Notes under the pieces: generated by a model
Seen by the model: the letters and a program-made list of their open reading frames with translations, nothing else
Databases searched by the model: none
What the model was told of the DNA's origin: nothing
Position numbers and translations under genes: made by a program
Shown here: piece after piece, positions 62,861-64,000 of the stretch
Layout: each line of letters begins with the position of its first letter
How positions within the stretch are numbered: the stretch's first letter is position 1
Assembly (NCBI RefSeq): GCF_023055435.1
Contig: NW_025964383.1
Coordinates: forward strand, 46,066,001-46,130,000
Source: Haliotis rufescens
Lineage: Eukaryota
Direction of reading: 5' to 3'
Length of the DNA: 64,000 bases

Positions 62861-64000
62861 GAGTGAGTGAGTGAGTTAAATTTTACATCGCATCGGCAAT
62901 ATTTCAGCCATATAGCGATGTGAACTAGGTTGAACAAGTTAGGCATTTAGATTATATATTAAAAGCCGTCATCGAAGGACAGTACAACAACCAGCAACAT
63001 ATCACAGATTATAAATTTAAAACTAGTTTTAGAGCAATAAAATAATCAGATACAATACAAACGATACAATATATAAACGGGCTATAGATCGCCAGCAACC
63101 AAAGTTAGGCCACCATACTAGGGACCGTGGGGACTTACGGTACTTCTGCTACCTACATGGTACCCCAGCAGGATTTACACCATCCCTCTGGCCACTGGCG
63201 ATGATCAGACAGATTAGCCAAAGAGTTAAAATCAACAAAAATACTACAATTAAAAGCACAGAGAAAGGAAATGATACGTTGAATGATACTGGACTTACGT
63301 ACCATCCCAGGGGGACAATTGTTTTACGATACTTCAACCCCCTGTGAAGATACAGCCACCAACAATCTAAGTTATGATCTCATTTCACCAAATTAAAATT
63401 CATTTACTTTATACTATACATATTATTATCAAAATTTATCTATTAATTCTATTTCTTTTAAAAAACCGATGATTAAATGAGCACTGATTTGATTAAAAAG
63501 ATCCTTTATAGAGGACACTTTGAAATATTTATCCCTTGTGATGGAAAAATCAATACAGTCAAGCAGGACATGCTTGACAGTGATTCTTTCATCACAAGGG
63601 ATACAAAATGGAGGATCCTCACCTTTCAATAAAAATTCATTTGTATACCTGCTATGGCCAATACGACATCGTCGTATTAGGACCTCCTCAAATCTGGACT
63701 GACAACCCAAGTAGGTATAACCAATAGTGGGTTTAATTTCATGTAATTTATTGTCTACCTGGGCGTCCCACTTCTTCTGCATTAGATCTATGATGTAAGA
63801 TCCAATGACAGGTTTATAATCACTATAAGGTAAAAGAAGTGGTGTCACAGATTTGTTGAGAGCTGCTTTTGCTGCAGCATCAGCCATTGTGTTGCCTTTT
63901 ATGCCCACATGACTGGGCAACCAACAAAAGACGATGTCGTATTGGCCAGTGGAAAGATTATTATAAAGTTCTAAAATATCTAAAATAATTGGATGATTAG
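62861..64000 (-). mobile_element. I/Nimb-like LINE, copy B (RNase H end + zinc knuckle), runs off the window
   Basis: WLPSHVGIKGNTMADAAAKAAL (RNase H C-terminal motif), RIGHS, CxxC..HVLLDC; (CTCA)n tail at 62861. Confidence 0.9.

Overview
Eukaryotic (invertebrate) genomic DNA, rich in introns and repeats, with three N-gaps. The SINE/LINE repertoire and gene content suggest a mollusc, probably a gastropod such as abalone (inference, not proven). The main structure is a triplicated two-ORF cassette. A recognisable apolipoprotein-L-like gene (A) is followed about 700 bp downstream, on the same strand, by a much more hydrophobic ORF (B). B aligns ungapped to A in two blocks and looks like a cryptic, highly diverged APOL paralogue. 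Cassettes 1 and 2 form a ~5.5-6 kb inverted (head-to-head) duplication around a ~3.9 kb spacer that carries ISRE- and kB-like motifs; cassette 3 is an older direct copy. Downstream lie a micro-exon-linked transmembrane + ankyrin-repeat receptor-like gene with six near-identical 201-bp units, and a pseudogenised MEGF10/Draper-like EGF-repeat receptor. A STRA6-like gene remnant with an in-frame stop lies at the start. The rest is LINE fragments (a CR1/RTE-X-like family and an RNase H-containing I/Nimb-like family), tRNA-derived SINEs, Tc1 remnants, a Kolobok-like element, hairpin-headed elements and several minisatellites. All exon models were read by eye from splice signals and reading phase.
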